Part shown: in pieces, positions 18,701-23,177 of the stretch
Layout of the letters: every line of letters starts with the position of its first letter
Position numbering within the stretch: the stretch's first letter is position 1
Source of the DNA: Acetofilamentum sp.
GTDB taxonomy: Bacteria; Bacteroidota; Bacteroidia; Bacteroidales; JAADGE01
DNA length: 40,014 nt
Direction: 5' to 3'
NCBI GenBank assembly: GCA_020720705.1
Contig: DYOJ01000001.1
Span: 1 to 40,014 of the forward strand
The notes under the pieces: model-generated
Database searches by the model: none
Seen by the model: the letters and a program-made list of their open reading frames with translations, nothing else
Told to the model about the DNA's origin: nothing
Made by a program: the position numbers and the translations under genes

Positions 18701-19686
18701 ATTCAGAAATGTATATGATGAAACTTGCGAGTTCTAATACACTTGTTTACAACGGTGCAAAATTAAATCCGGAAGAAATTGAAATTCCAATAAACACAGG
18801 TTGGAACTGGATTGGATTTACGCCTAACGGAAATATGTATTTGAACGATGCTTTTGCATATTATCAATCTGCTCAAAACGATATAGTTAAAAGTCAATAC
18901 CAATTTGCAATGTATGATAATAATTTGGGTTGGATAGGAAGTTTAACCTATTTAGTTCCCGGATTTGGTTATATGTATAAAACTTCAAATCCGACAAATG
19001 TATTTACGTATCCAAACTCAGGATACGATAAAGGAACAATTATCGGAAAAGGCTACGAACCTGTTTACGGAACGCCTTGGACATTAAAAGAAGCAGAATA
19101 TCAAAACAATATGTCGTTAATTGCAACAATCAATACTCCTCCTGATTTTAATATTTCAGAAAATAATGTTATTGGAGTTTTTGCCGGAAATATTTGTTGT
19201 GGTATAGCTAAACCTTTGATTGTTAATTCCGAAAATTTATATTTTGTAACTATTTATGGGAATGCTAACGAAAATTTAACATTCAAATTAATTGATTTAT
19301 CCGATAATGTAATTTATGATATTACCGAAAATTTGAGTTTTTCAATTAATAAAGTTACCGGAACAATAGAAAATCCTTTTGAGTTAAATATTATCGGAAT
19401 AACATCAGATATTAACGAAAACTCAAATTTTGACTTTTCTGTTACAACATATCCTAATCCATTCGATAAATTTATTTCAATAAGTTACAATTTACCAAAT
19501 TCAGAAATTGTAAAAATTGAATTATTTAATGTTTTAGGAAGTAAGATTTCTGATTTGTTTAACGAATATCAAAACTCAGGTTCAAATAATTTAGAATTTG
19601 ACGGAAGCAGTTTAAGTTCAGGTTTTTATTTGTTGAAAATAAAATCAGGTGATTTTATTCAAACAGTAAATATTGTTAAAAAATAA
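6769..19686 (+). CDS. giant (4305 aa) secreted multidomain protein: FN3-like x3, LamG/ConA-like x7, six-bladed NHL propeller, CarboxypepD_reg-like domains, unassigned roughly 1000-aa centre, Ig-like domain, repeated C-terminal modules, T9SS C-terminal sorting domain
   Basis: Uninterrupted 12.9-kb ORF. Signal peptide ends ...NSNAYAQ. FN3-like domains at about 6895-7730 and 10180-10450. Seven LamG-type modules open with xLxFDG(x)DY and close with Gx(I/M/L)DE(F/V/L)x(I/L)W: GNIDEFRIW, GKIDEISIW, GAIDEVHVW, GSMDEFGFY, GNLDELRLW, GYVHELRIW, GLIDEFRLW. They lie at about 7741-8400, 9505-10173, 10471-11085, 11128-11635, 12187-12696, 16378-16895 and 16981-17547. Six NHL-like blades (GQPDFT...N.RVLRF) at about 8475-9497. 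Ig-like domain at about 17903-18150. T9SS sorting domain (TTYPNPFDKFISISY...GFYLLKIKSGDFIQTVNIVKK) at about 19432-19683. Confidence 0.95.
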   Translation: MENLVHLQRKKLPAESRGFKWFYRTLFAVLLALVINSNAYAQPYCSSLYPTNFSSTGFYVNYSISGAFYNYYVDVYSNSSYSTKVWGGISSSQSGYFNVTGLAPGTQYWIRSAIEYSDGSVKIIYCSDFTTQTLLNPPVALEPIDVTSNSFTARWNYSTNATSYELQISTDPGFTTSVFNQNVGNTDRRSVTGLNPGTTYYYRVRAINSLRTSELSNVISSVFCYDINVTSQTVENNAFTINWENPVGANLDNYILTVSENSDLGNPLSGYNNISIGNVNTFTVNQGIDMNTNYYYQISGQETGTVIAKSPIKNIYTKTYETARNALAFDGTDDYVTLPAINLNSTNFTIEGWVKWKDLKNNSRIFDFGSGAGSNNIFLCNTTTSNQLEFNIYNGATGQALTVSNIIPLNSWVHIAAVASGGTMYLYVNGILVGTKTGVTIPNVNRTLCFMGKSNWGSDAYFKGNIDEFRIWNVARSQKEIRQTMERTLTGTETDLLAYYDFNTGNPSGTNTALTTLLDYSFSSNNGTLNNFALTGTTSNWIASEAVNYPKQEVFSPFASFTNGQMAEFVAGQPDFTTGTSGVTSQKLNGPLGITIDAVHGKMYVADFINSRVLRFPYPLTGNFPTADLVFGQPDFTSNSVDNGGLSASCFHNPENVALDANYNLWVTDMGNGRILRFSNPWSISSNKPSADLVIGAANFTTDGNLTQTYQILFDDAGNLWAANAGRDVVYRFNAANLVSGNATPDGFLGVVNSSNCTQNSWDNGEGICMIGTSLFVSDWLNNRVLRFDNAANKANSANADAVLGQTDFTSNTFGCNQSKFHTLSSMTSDGSGTLYVTDYNNHRVMIFKNAVNLTNGAKASGVLGHPDFTSASSSTTQSGMNGPRGIFYDKIYNKLLVTESLNQRVLQFGFSDNALAFDGANDYIAVTDMSFNGSSQISISAWVNITNFSNYGTIFAKIDATDHGELFFRISNNGKPHFAVCTNVAGVWPSVYGTTVLTPGEWYYITGTYDGTQLKMYVNGNLENTVNHSGTIVSSGAAATKIGTLSSGGLPFHGKIDEISIWTKPLNEAEIQSAMKSPLNGTESGLRVYYNFNNGIAGGTNTGLTILNDITQNGNNGTLNTFALTGSNSNWVESRAGMRPEFVAASGLANSIIVKIKCGGNPDTYLLTVSEDALLRTPITGYNRRNMGNGTEVTITGLDKNTTYYFDVWAVKNGQISPNMGINSKATQLYTTQGSALSFDGTDDYVDCGTGTSLNMTSAFTLEAWINPNHLNYHTIISKGNAAGTEGYTFYIWNGQFYLTLHNKSGYGCTVSGLKANEWQHVAVVWDGNNKAKFYRNGVFIQEVTAVATAGIISSPASTFKIGEDYCGSNTFNGAIDEVHVWNTARSNKEIRQYMERELTGTETGLMAYYNFNEETGTTAENLTVNNLDGTLTNGVLRVESSAPLKPYPIQKDFMLTFDGYNDYVQVAPAGDDRLLTQTFTASFWVKPDATQLSGVNIVNANATTANNWRITQDAANTNQYVFQTYENGSYNATTSFALPADEWSFVVVTRNGTNKEKKVYVNGVLKITKNGTHDITFSSQGLWLGVNPNNLGTTNWKGSMDEFGFYNKVLSLNEIKALYMSHQMYDGNCQSIYLPFDEDAGITSRDYSANDYPAVLVNGVKNKPSETPIELGQTVPGDLVISKGYYNTKVQVSWNVAQSYRNIINKWYIYRKVYGSEQATALVYSSSDFANFFSYDDNSCNAGVLYEYQIIGETDFGGCLIYTNPISSIGYRTPTGVVNGKVTYAGGIAVEGVKIVATRTQGAVGKSLAFAGNSTFTVAHKNLLMPQNEITCEIYVRPTSLSSDFDLIEKENAYGMYYSNADNSVKFRIKNEAEQIFTVSYENVLKLDTFVQISGTYDGTNIRLYANGIPSETVPATGKLFSSTENIIVGQNFTGNLDELRLWDYGKDSLQVNTDYFRILTGGEEGCIGYWRMDLGVSDWDFDQSNVDATFNGNNADLVNTTWATTIPSNDQLGLCGITNETGNYTISNIGYKGSGETFNLTPMFGVHQFDPNQLGVYIGDGAIVLNNQNFTDISSFTVKGNVIYKDTYFPVEGAYLYIDEQIVVRANGTPVSTDQFGNYEIQVPIGYHNISVAMQGHTFEIGRYPETGNYNFQQPINGINFVDNSLIKVVGKVAGGPIQAEKPIALGKTVNNLGNGVITITTQKGYDLTDNTAGVNILSDNEIYRDNVITSVGQTAYVINNLSPKQINIYPDENTGEFVVYLLPEKYLVTAVTAGNYIFDESHYITMDLTQAGYITETESDSTTILDETYFDVVQYNKNYDFIYRETPDITVTDKYGEPIFWETELQIDDETSVPIVDEFGNLKTLYPVFKQRKQYLTKISVFEEYYNVDKDQTDIVPVNDGKVEIQNFLAIDKEKNEYELNENGNVFYSFWGGLPNIAQGGIGDYVLTFNVTSKTGQNQAIATTWEPNGEIFKGYVLGGMPSGSNFVTNGPQKLITILRDPPGTGSTCTLEQGQSVTNSTSSEFSFNSEIGQNLNVDLGSRIVTWAGFGAGVITETEVVAEFEQGTTITNSYTGSNSNSTTYEATQSWSTSDSPDFVGADGDVFVGHATNIVYGVSTQVAVAPITQENASNWVGNTFEHNGVTYDIGITKGIRVNPEFGTMFMYSQYHIENYLIPNLKMVRNLVMQNNPDIYQCVICDTENPEYGRRNRTGNDVWNGRVGGDSYNVAIPADWNYSITFVDSVEYFNKQIYDWEYFLMLNEMEKVKSVLIENVSFDGGTTYEKSITNSSSEETTHEYEFGLDITLAGEVGFEIMGMGSKMKIETKTSFGTKYGETEETENSTSYSYTLADGDAGDYLSVDVRTPYQSTSTSTGPVFLTKGGQTSCPFEDAYVTKYYQPGTVLQPATMQREKPQMTVENAIVSNVSADMPALFNFQLSNISETEEDAWMLLTVDETSNQNGALIEMDGSPITNGRIVMLPAGQTINKTIGVSMVNPTIYDYENIRLVLSSMCDGNVSTDVAISAYFQPVCTRVVLDNPINQWVVNTNTDTTLNIKIKDYNLSNNLFDRLLVQYKPASTSVWATDMIYYVDEDEYNTANEPKMFINNQPTLNYLLDLSSMQDRNYDVRITSTCVDNTTNSSIVASGIKDVKRPMVFGTPQPGSGILNPGDDIMLTFDEPINAGALLPYNFSVRGVLNGNEIKHQACVFFNGTNGYASVLSGVNLDNKSWTIEFWAKRGTLEQGVIFAQDGLEIGFDADNKFYLKAGNQLITSQNEYTDTELWFHYAVTYNQQAEEFNMYVNDVIERTNILQTSTFTANGKMVLGKDLSDANYFNGYVHELRIWEKLQGFSTIYAQMYQELSGSEIGLSGYWTMNEAKGEMAQDKARNRHATLFGAEWRVFPTGFAREFDGPASVELNTTTTVIFPEMNFTLEFYFNAEPQTNTVLFSNGKGDGTDETPFQNIWVIGFDGNGKLYAKNNGVTILISEKNYTDNTWYHFALAVNRNANASIYIDGEMVGSAQASNFGGLSAAGATLGARRFYQFPNLTYDQHFTGLIDEFRLWELLRTSKQLELDLSSKLKGDEMGLLLYFPFDKYNSLGIDLIPTLEDITGNSVDAIATNGSETNINVPNLKDARPVQDVAFDWVVNEDKIIINLNEPAALIEKCILEFTVERVEDLRENRIASPVTWTAYIKQNTVVWDETEINIEKEVYEPYTFTTKILNMGGTNQTYSITGLPTWLSCSAVSGSLSPDSEKTLTFTVDPVVNVGEYALSLFLTSDFGYSEKLNVNVNVFEPAPDWTVNSSDFQYSMSVIGQLKIDGSFSANKNDKIAAFVNGQCRGVAQNLYIEGYDKFIVFLTIFSNTDVGENVSFKIWNASEGYVHTNVTPEISFVYNEIIGTVTEPQIIETYNSYSINQNLNSGWTWMSFNLDNADLSDVNLIMENINAQTGDQIKSQTLFANYSTNLGWDGSLVFGEGFNNSEMYMMKLASSNTLVYNGAKLNPEEIEIPINTGWNWIGFTPNGNMYLNDAFAYYQSAQNDIVKSQYQFAMYDNNLGWIGSLTYLVPGFGYMYKTSNPTNVFTYPNSGYDKGTIIGKGYEPVYGTPWTLKEAEYQNNMSLIATINTPPDFNISENNVIGVFAGNICCGIAKPLIVNSENLYFVTIYGNANENLTFKLIDLSDNVIYDITENLSFSINKVTGTIENPFELNIIGITSDINENSNFDFSVTTYPNPFDKFISISYNLPNSEIVKIELFNVLGSKISDLFNEYQNSGSNNLEFDGSSLSSGFYLLKIKSGDFIQTVNIVKK

Positions 19687-19698
19687 ATTCATTATTCA

Positions 19699-19733
19699 AA
19701 ACCTTGTAAGGTTTCAATAACCTTACAAGGTTT
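19699..19733 (+). terminator. 15-bp stem hairpin between the giant gene and its paralog (terminator/attenuator, or alternatively a pair of palindromic operators)
   Basis: AAACCTTGTAAGGTT (19699-19713), loop TCAAT, AACCTTACAAGGTTT (19719-19733). It starts 13 bp after the stop codon. Only a short T-run follows. Confidence 0.5.
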
Positions 19734-19763
19734 ACTATCAAAAATTTTATAAATTTTATAAAA

Positions 19764-20684
19764 ATGAAAAAGTTAAAATACATTTTACTGTTTAATTTGC
19801 TTTTAATTACAGTTTTATTAAAAGCAGAAATACCGGATTGGTCGGTAAATCCACAAGACTATTCATACAGCATGACAATTACCGGAGTTTTATCTATTGA
19901 ATATACAGAAACAACAAGTTCTAACGATTTGGTTGCCGCATTTGTTGGTAACGAGTGTCGAGGTGTTGCAACCGGTTATTATAATTCAGCTGTAGAAAGA
20001 TATGTTTTTTATCTGATGGTTTACAGTAATAATTCAAACGACGTTCTTGAATTTAAAGCATATAATTCTATAACCGATGAGGAAATTCTTTTAATCAATT
20101 CCGAAAATTTTCAAATAAATTCAGTAATCGGAAATGCCGAAACACCTTATATTTTTACAAATCAAGAATTAAGCGATGCCGCAGAAATGTTAAGTTTTGA
20201 AATTGACGGACAAATCAACAGTACTATTTCCGGAACTACCATTGATGTAGAGATGCCTCAGGGCGCAAATGTATCAAATTTAGTTTCGTCATTTACTTTG
20301 TCAGAATATGCGAATGCATATATCGGAATAACACTTCAGGAAAGCGGTCTGACTTCAAATGACTTTACTAATCAAGTAAACTATGTAGTGCATGCTCAAA
20401 ACGGAGATATTCAAAACTATACAATTACTGTAACTCTTCCTACACAAATTAGTGAAATTAAAAATGATAGGATTTCAGTTTATCCAAATCCGGCTAATGA
20501 TTTTATCCACATCAGCACTTCGGAGAAAATTAAAAATGTTAGAGTTGTATGTATTACTGGACAAACGGTTATTGAAACAAATAAAGCTTTGATAGATGTG
20601 TCAAAATTAATAAACGGAACCTACATTCTGGTAATAAAAACAGACAATAATATTTATTCAAAAAGTGTTTTGGTTAATAATTAA
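19764..20684 (+). CDS. secreted T9SS-sorted protein, paralog of the giant protein's C-terminal module
   Basis: Signal peptide MKKLKYILLFNLLLITVLLKA. Residues about 23-133 (nt 19833-20163; PDWSVNPQDYSYSMTITGVL...NDLVAAFVGNECRGVA...) align with giant-protein segments at 18148-18490 and 19070-19395. A middle Ig-like segment (LSFEIDG...YTITVTL) follows. C-terminal T9SS domain (ISVYPNPANDFIHIS...GTYILVIKTDNNIYSKSVLVNN) at about 20470-20681. Confidence 0.9.
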   Translation: MKKLKYILLFNLLLITVLLKAEIPDWSVNPQDYSYSMTITGVLSIEYTETTSSNDLVAAFVGNECRGVATGYYNSAVERYVFYLMVYSNNSNDVLEFKAYNSITDEEILLINSENFQINSVIGNAETPYIFTNQELSDAAEMLSFEIDGQINSTISGTTIDVEMPQGANVSNLVSSFTLSEYANAYIGITLQESGLTSNDFTNQVNYVVHAQNGDIQNYTITVTLPTQISEIKNDRISVYPNPANDFIHISTSEKIKNVRVVCITGQTVIETNKALIDVSKLINGTYILVIKTDNNIYSKSVLVNN

Positions 20685-20692
20685 TTGATTAT

Positions 20693-20718
20693 AAAGACGT
20701 TGCTTAGGAAACGTCTTT
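20693..20718 (+). terminator. rho-independent-type hairpin after the 306-aa gene
   Basis: AAAGACGTT (20693-20701), 8-nt loop, AACGTCTTT (20710-20718), running into TTTT. Confidence 0.6.
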
Positions 20719-20807
20719 TACCTAAAATTACATTTATGCTCTGAATACAGCCGTTACAACCACATGTATTTGAAAAAATATCCTGAAAGATTATGACAAA
20801 ATTGACT

Positions 20808-20824
20808 TAGTTTTGCTAAATTTG
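20808..20824 (+). promoter_or_regulatory. two overlapping candidate -7 boxes (TAGTTTTG, TAAATTTG) for the dehydratase gene
   Basis: Exact TAnnTTTG matches at 20808-20815 and 20817-20824, which is 27-43 bp upstream of the ATG at 20851. They overlap the alternative GTG start at 20824, which argues for the ATG. Confidence 0.35.
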
Positions 20825-20850
20825 TGCCCAAATCCATAATCAGAATTGAT

Positions 20851-22659
20851 ATGACAATTATTGAAAAAATTATTGCGACACACTCAAAATATGAGTCCGT
20901 GAAGCCGGGCGAAATTGTAGATGTCGAACTTGATGTACGCGCTGCCAGAGATTTTGGCGGTCCGAACGTTGTTAAACATCTCAAAGAAAACAATTTAGGC
21001 ATAGCAGATGTTTCTAAAACCTTTTTCACCTTCGACACAAATCCGACCGGGTCAGACCAAAAATATGCTGTAAATCAGCACTTATGCAGAACTTTTGCCA
21101 GAGATTTGGGGATAAGAGTTTTCGATATCGACCATGGTATCGGCACACACAGTTTGATTGAAGAAGGGCTTGCTTATCCGGGCAGTACTGCCGTTACAAC
21201 CGATTCGCACGCCAACATTCTGGGTGCAGTCGGTGCATTCGGGCAAGGTATGGGCGACCAAGATATCGCCGTTGCATTTAACAAAGGTAAAGTGTGGTTT
21301 AAAGTTCCGGAATCGGTAAAAATAACACTGCACGGAAAACGACCGAACGGAATATCAGCAAAAGACATGGTGTTGAATTTGCTAAACAAGTTCGGGGCAA
21401 ACAGTTTACTGGGTTACTCTGCCGAACTATACGGCGAATGTGTGGACGAACTGACTTTGGATGAGCGCATTACAATAGCCTCGATGGGAACGGAAATGGG
21501 CGTAATCATTTTATTATTCCCGCCGAATCAAGCAGTTCTTGAATACTGTTCGACACGAGCCGGACGAGAAATTGAAGGCGTATTTGCCGATGCCGATGCA
21601 GTATATGCCCAAACGTTTGATTTAGATGTTTCAACATTTAAAACCATGGTATCCATGCCGGGCAAGCCGCATGATACCGTTGATATTGCCACTCAAAAGA
21701 AACAAAAAATAGATTCGGCATTTATCGGCTCATGCACCAACGGACGTATTGAAGATATGAGAGAAGTTGCGAAGATACTGAAAGGCAAACATGTAGCTCC
21801 GGGTGTGGTGTTAAAAATTGTGCCTTCAACCGATGCCGTCTGGCAACAATGCTTAGACGAAGGCTTAGTCAGAATTTTCAAAGCCTCAGGGACACTGCTC
21901 TCGAACGCCGGATGTGCGGGTTGTGCGGCAGGGCAAGTCGGGCAAAACGGTCCGGGCGAGATTACCATCAGCACGGGCAACCGCAATTTTCCCGGCAAAC
22001 AAGGCAAGGGCAGCGTGTATTTGGCATCGCCCGCAACGGTTGCAGCTTCTGCGATTGCAGGCTATATCACTACATTTGACGACATCCCGAACGAACCGGC
22101 AGTATTTAAACCGTCTGAAAATCTAATCAAAAAAATGGCGGAAGCGCACAATGTTGAACATACGGCGGCTAATAAACCCGTTGAAATTGAAGGACGAATC
22201 TGGGTGATTAACGAAGACAACATAGATACAGATATGATTTTTCACAACAGATATTTAGCAATCACAAATCTTGCCGAAATGGGACAATATACGTTCGACA
22301 ATTTAGCCGGGTACGAAAATTTTGCAAAACAAGCTAAAGCCGGAGATATTGTTATGGTAGGTAAAAACTTTGGCAGCGGCAGTTCGCGGCAGCAAGCTGT
22401 AGATTGTTTTATATCGCTTGGTATTCAGGCTGTTATGGCAGAATCTTACGGCGCTATTTACGAACGAAATGCAATCAATGCTGCCTTCCCGATAGTTACA
22501 TACAAATCCTTGGAAAGCATTGAAATACAAGACGGTGATATGATTCGTGTAAATTTTGAGACCGGAAAAATTACGAATTTAAAAAACGGTAAATCAGCAT
22601 TTGCAGAACCTTTTTCTGATGTTCAGTTAGAAATTTATACCAACGGAGGATTGTTTTAA
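20851..22659 (+). CDS. aconitase-family dehydratase, fused LeuC-like (large) and LeuD-like (small/swivel) domains; 3-isopropylmalate or homoaconitate dehydratase type
   Basis: Begins MTIIEKIIATHS..VKPGEIVDVELD, like type-2 LeuC/HacA. Putative 4Fe-4S cysteine ligands are in IGSCTNGRIEDM and NAGCAGCAAGQ. The C-terminal roughly 170 aa (GRIWVINEDNIDTDMIFHNRYL...GKNFGSGSSRQQAV) looks like a LeuD-type swivel domain. The ORF track starts at GTG 20824; I prefer ATG 20851. Confidence 0.85.
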   Translation: MTIIEKIIATHSKYESVKPGEIVDVELDVRAARDFGGPNVVKHLKENNLGIADVSKTFFTFDTNPTGSDQKYAVNQHLCRTFARDLGIRVFDIDHGIGTHSLIEEGLAYPGSTAVTTDSHANILGAVGAFGQGMGDQDIAVAFNKGKVWFKVPESVKITLHGKRPNGISAKDMVLNLLNKFGANSLLGYSAELYGECVDELTLDERITIASMGTEMGVIILLFPPNQAVLEYCSTRAGREIEGVFADADAVYAQTFDLDVSTFKTMVSMPGKPHDTVDIATQKKQKIDSAFIGSCTNGRIEDMREVAKILKGKHVAPGVVLKIVPSTDAVWQQCLDEGLVRIFKASGTLLSNAGCAGCAAGQVGQNGPGEITISTGNRNFPGKQGKGSVYLASPATVAASAIAGYITTFDDIPNEPAVFKPSENLIKKMAEAHNVEHTAANKPVEIEGRIWVINEDNIDTDMIFHNRYLAITNLAEMGQYTFDNLAGYENFAKQAKAGDIVMVGKNFGSGSSRQQAVDCFISLGIQAVMAESYGAIYERNAINAAFPIVTYKSLESIEIQDGDMIRVNFETGKITNLKNGKSAFAEPFSDVQLEIYTNGGLF

Positions 22660-22730
22660 ATGACAGAACTAAAAACAATCCAACCCTGAACCGTAAACCG
22701 TATTGTTAAGCGGTATCATACCTGAAAAAG

Positions 22731-22753
22731 AAAAGAGCGATAATCGCTCTTTT
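22731..22753. terminator. bidirectional hairpin terminator between convergent genes
   Basis: AAAAGAGCGA (22731-22740), loop TAA, TCGCTCTTTT (22744-22753). T-runs follow the hairpin on both strands. Confidence 0.7.
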
Positions 22754-23119
22754 TTAGTTTAGCATAATTTTTTGGATTTCGGCATTTTTATCTTCGTAAA
22801 TAATCCGAATCATGTAAAGCCCCTTGTCACATTCCGGCATCGAAACCAAAATATTGTAGGGCAAACCGGTTTCATTATTTATTTTGCTTATCGTCTGCCC
22901 TATCATGTTGATAACTTCAACTGAGCTGATAATTTTTTCTGATTTCACGTAAAACCGACTGTCTGTTACCGGGTTCGGATAGATAACCGCAGGCTCCGAA
23001 TGTGCGGGCAACTTATAAACGGTTTCCGAATCGTATTCGTAATTTTGGGCTTGAGCCGCTTGGGCGATAAAAAATACCGCAAAAATAATGATGCTGATAA
23101 AATGTATAAGGCGTTTCAT
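22754..23119 (-). CDS. small secreted protein made almost entirely of a signal peptide plus a T9SS C-terminal sorting domain
   Basis: 121 aa. Signal peptide MKRLIHFISIIIFAVFFIAQAAQA, about 20 linker residues, then a CTD-like sequence (VIYPNPVTDSRFYVKS...VEVINMIGQTI...GLYMIRIIYEDKNAEIQKIMLN). Confidence 0.8.
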   Translation of the reverse strand: MKRLIHFISIIIFAVFFIAQAAQAQNYEYDSETVYKLPAHSEPAVIYPNPVTDSRFYVKSEKIISSVEVINMIGQTISKINNETGLPYNILVSMPECDKGLYMIRIIYEDKNAEIQKIMLN

Positions 23120-23177
23120 ACTATTTCGATTTTATACTCGTTTATACGATGCTAATTTGGTTTTGTTTCCACAAAAA

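Noticed and set aside
6769-19686. Diversity-generating retroelement target, or a phase-variable (invertible-promoter) surface protein
   Set aside because: The window contains no reverse transcriptase, no template/variable repeat pair with adenine-specific differences, and no recombinase gene. By eye I found no long inverted repeats bracketing the 6403-6768 promoter region, only a 7-bp stem at 6649-6667.
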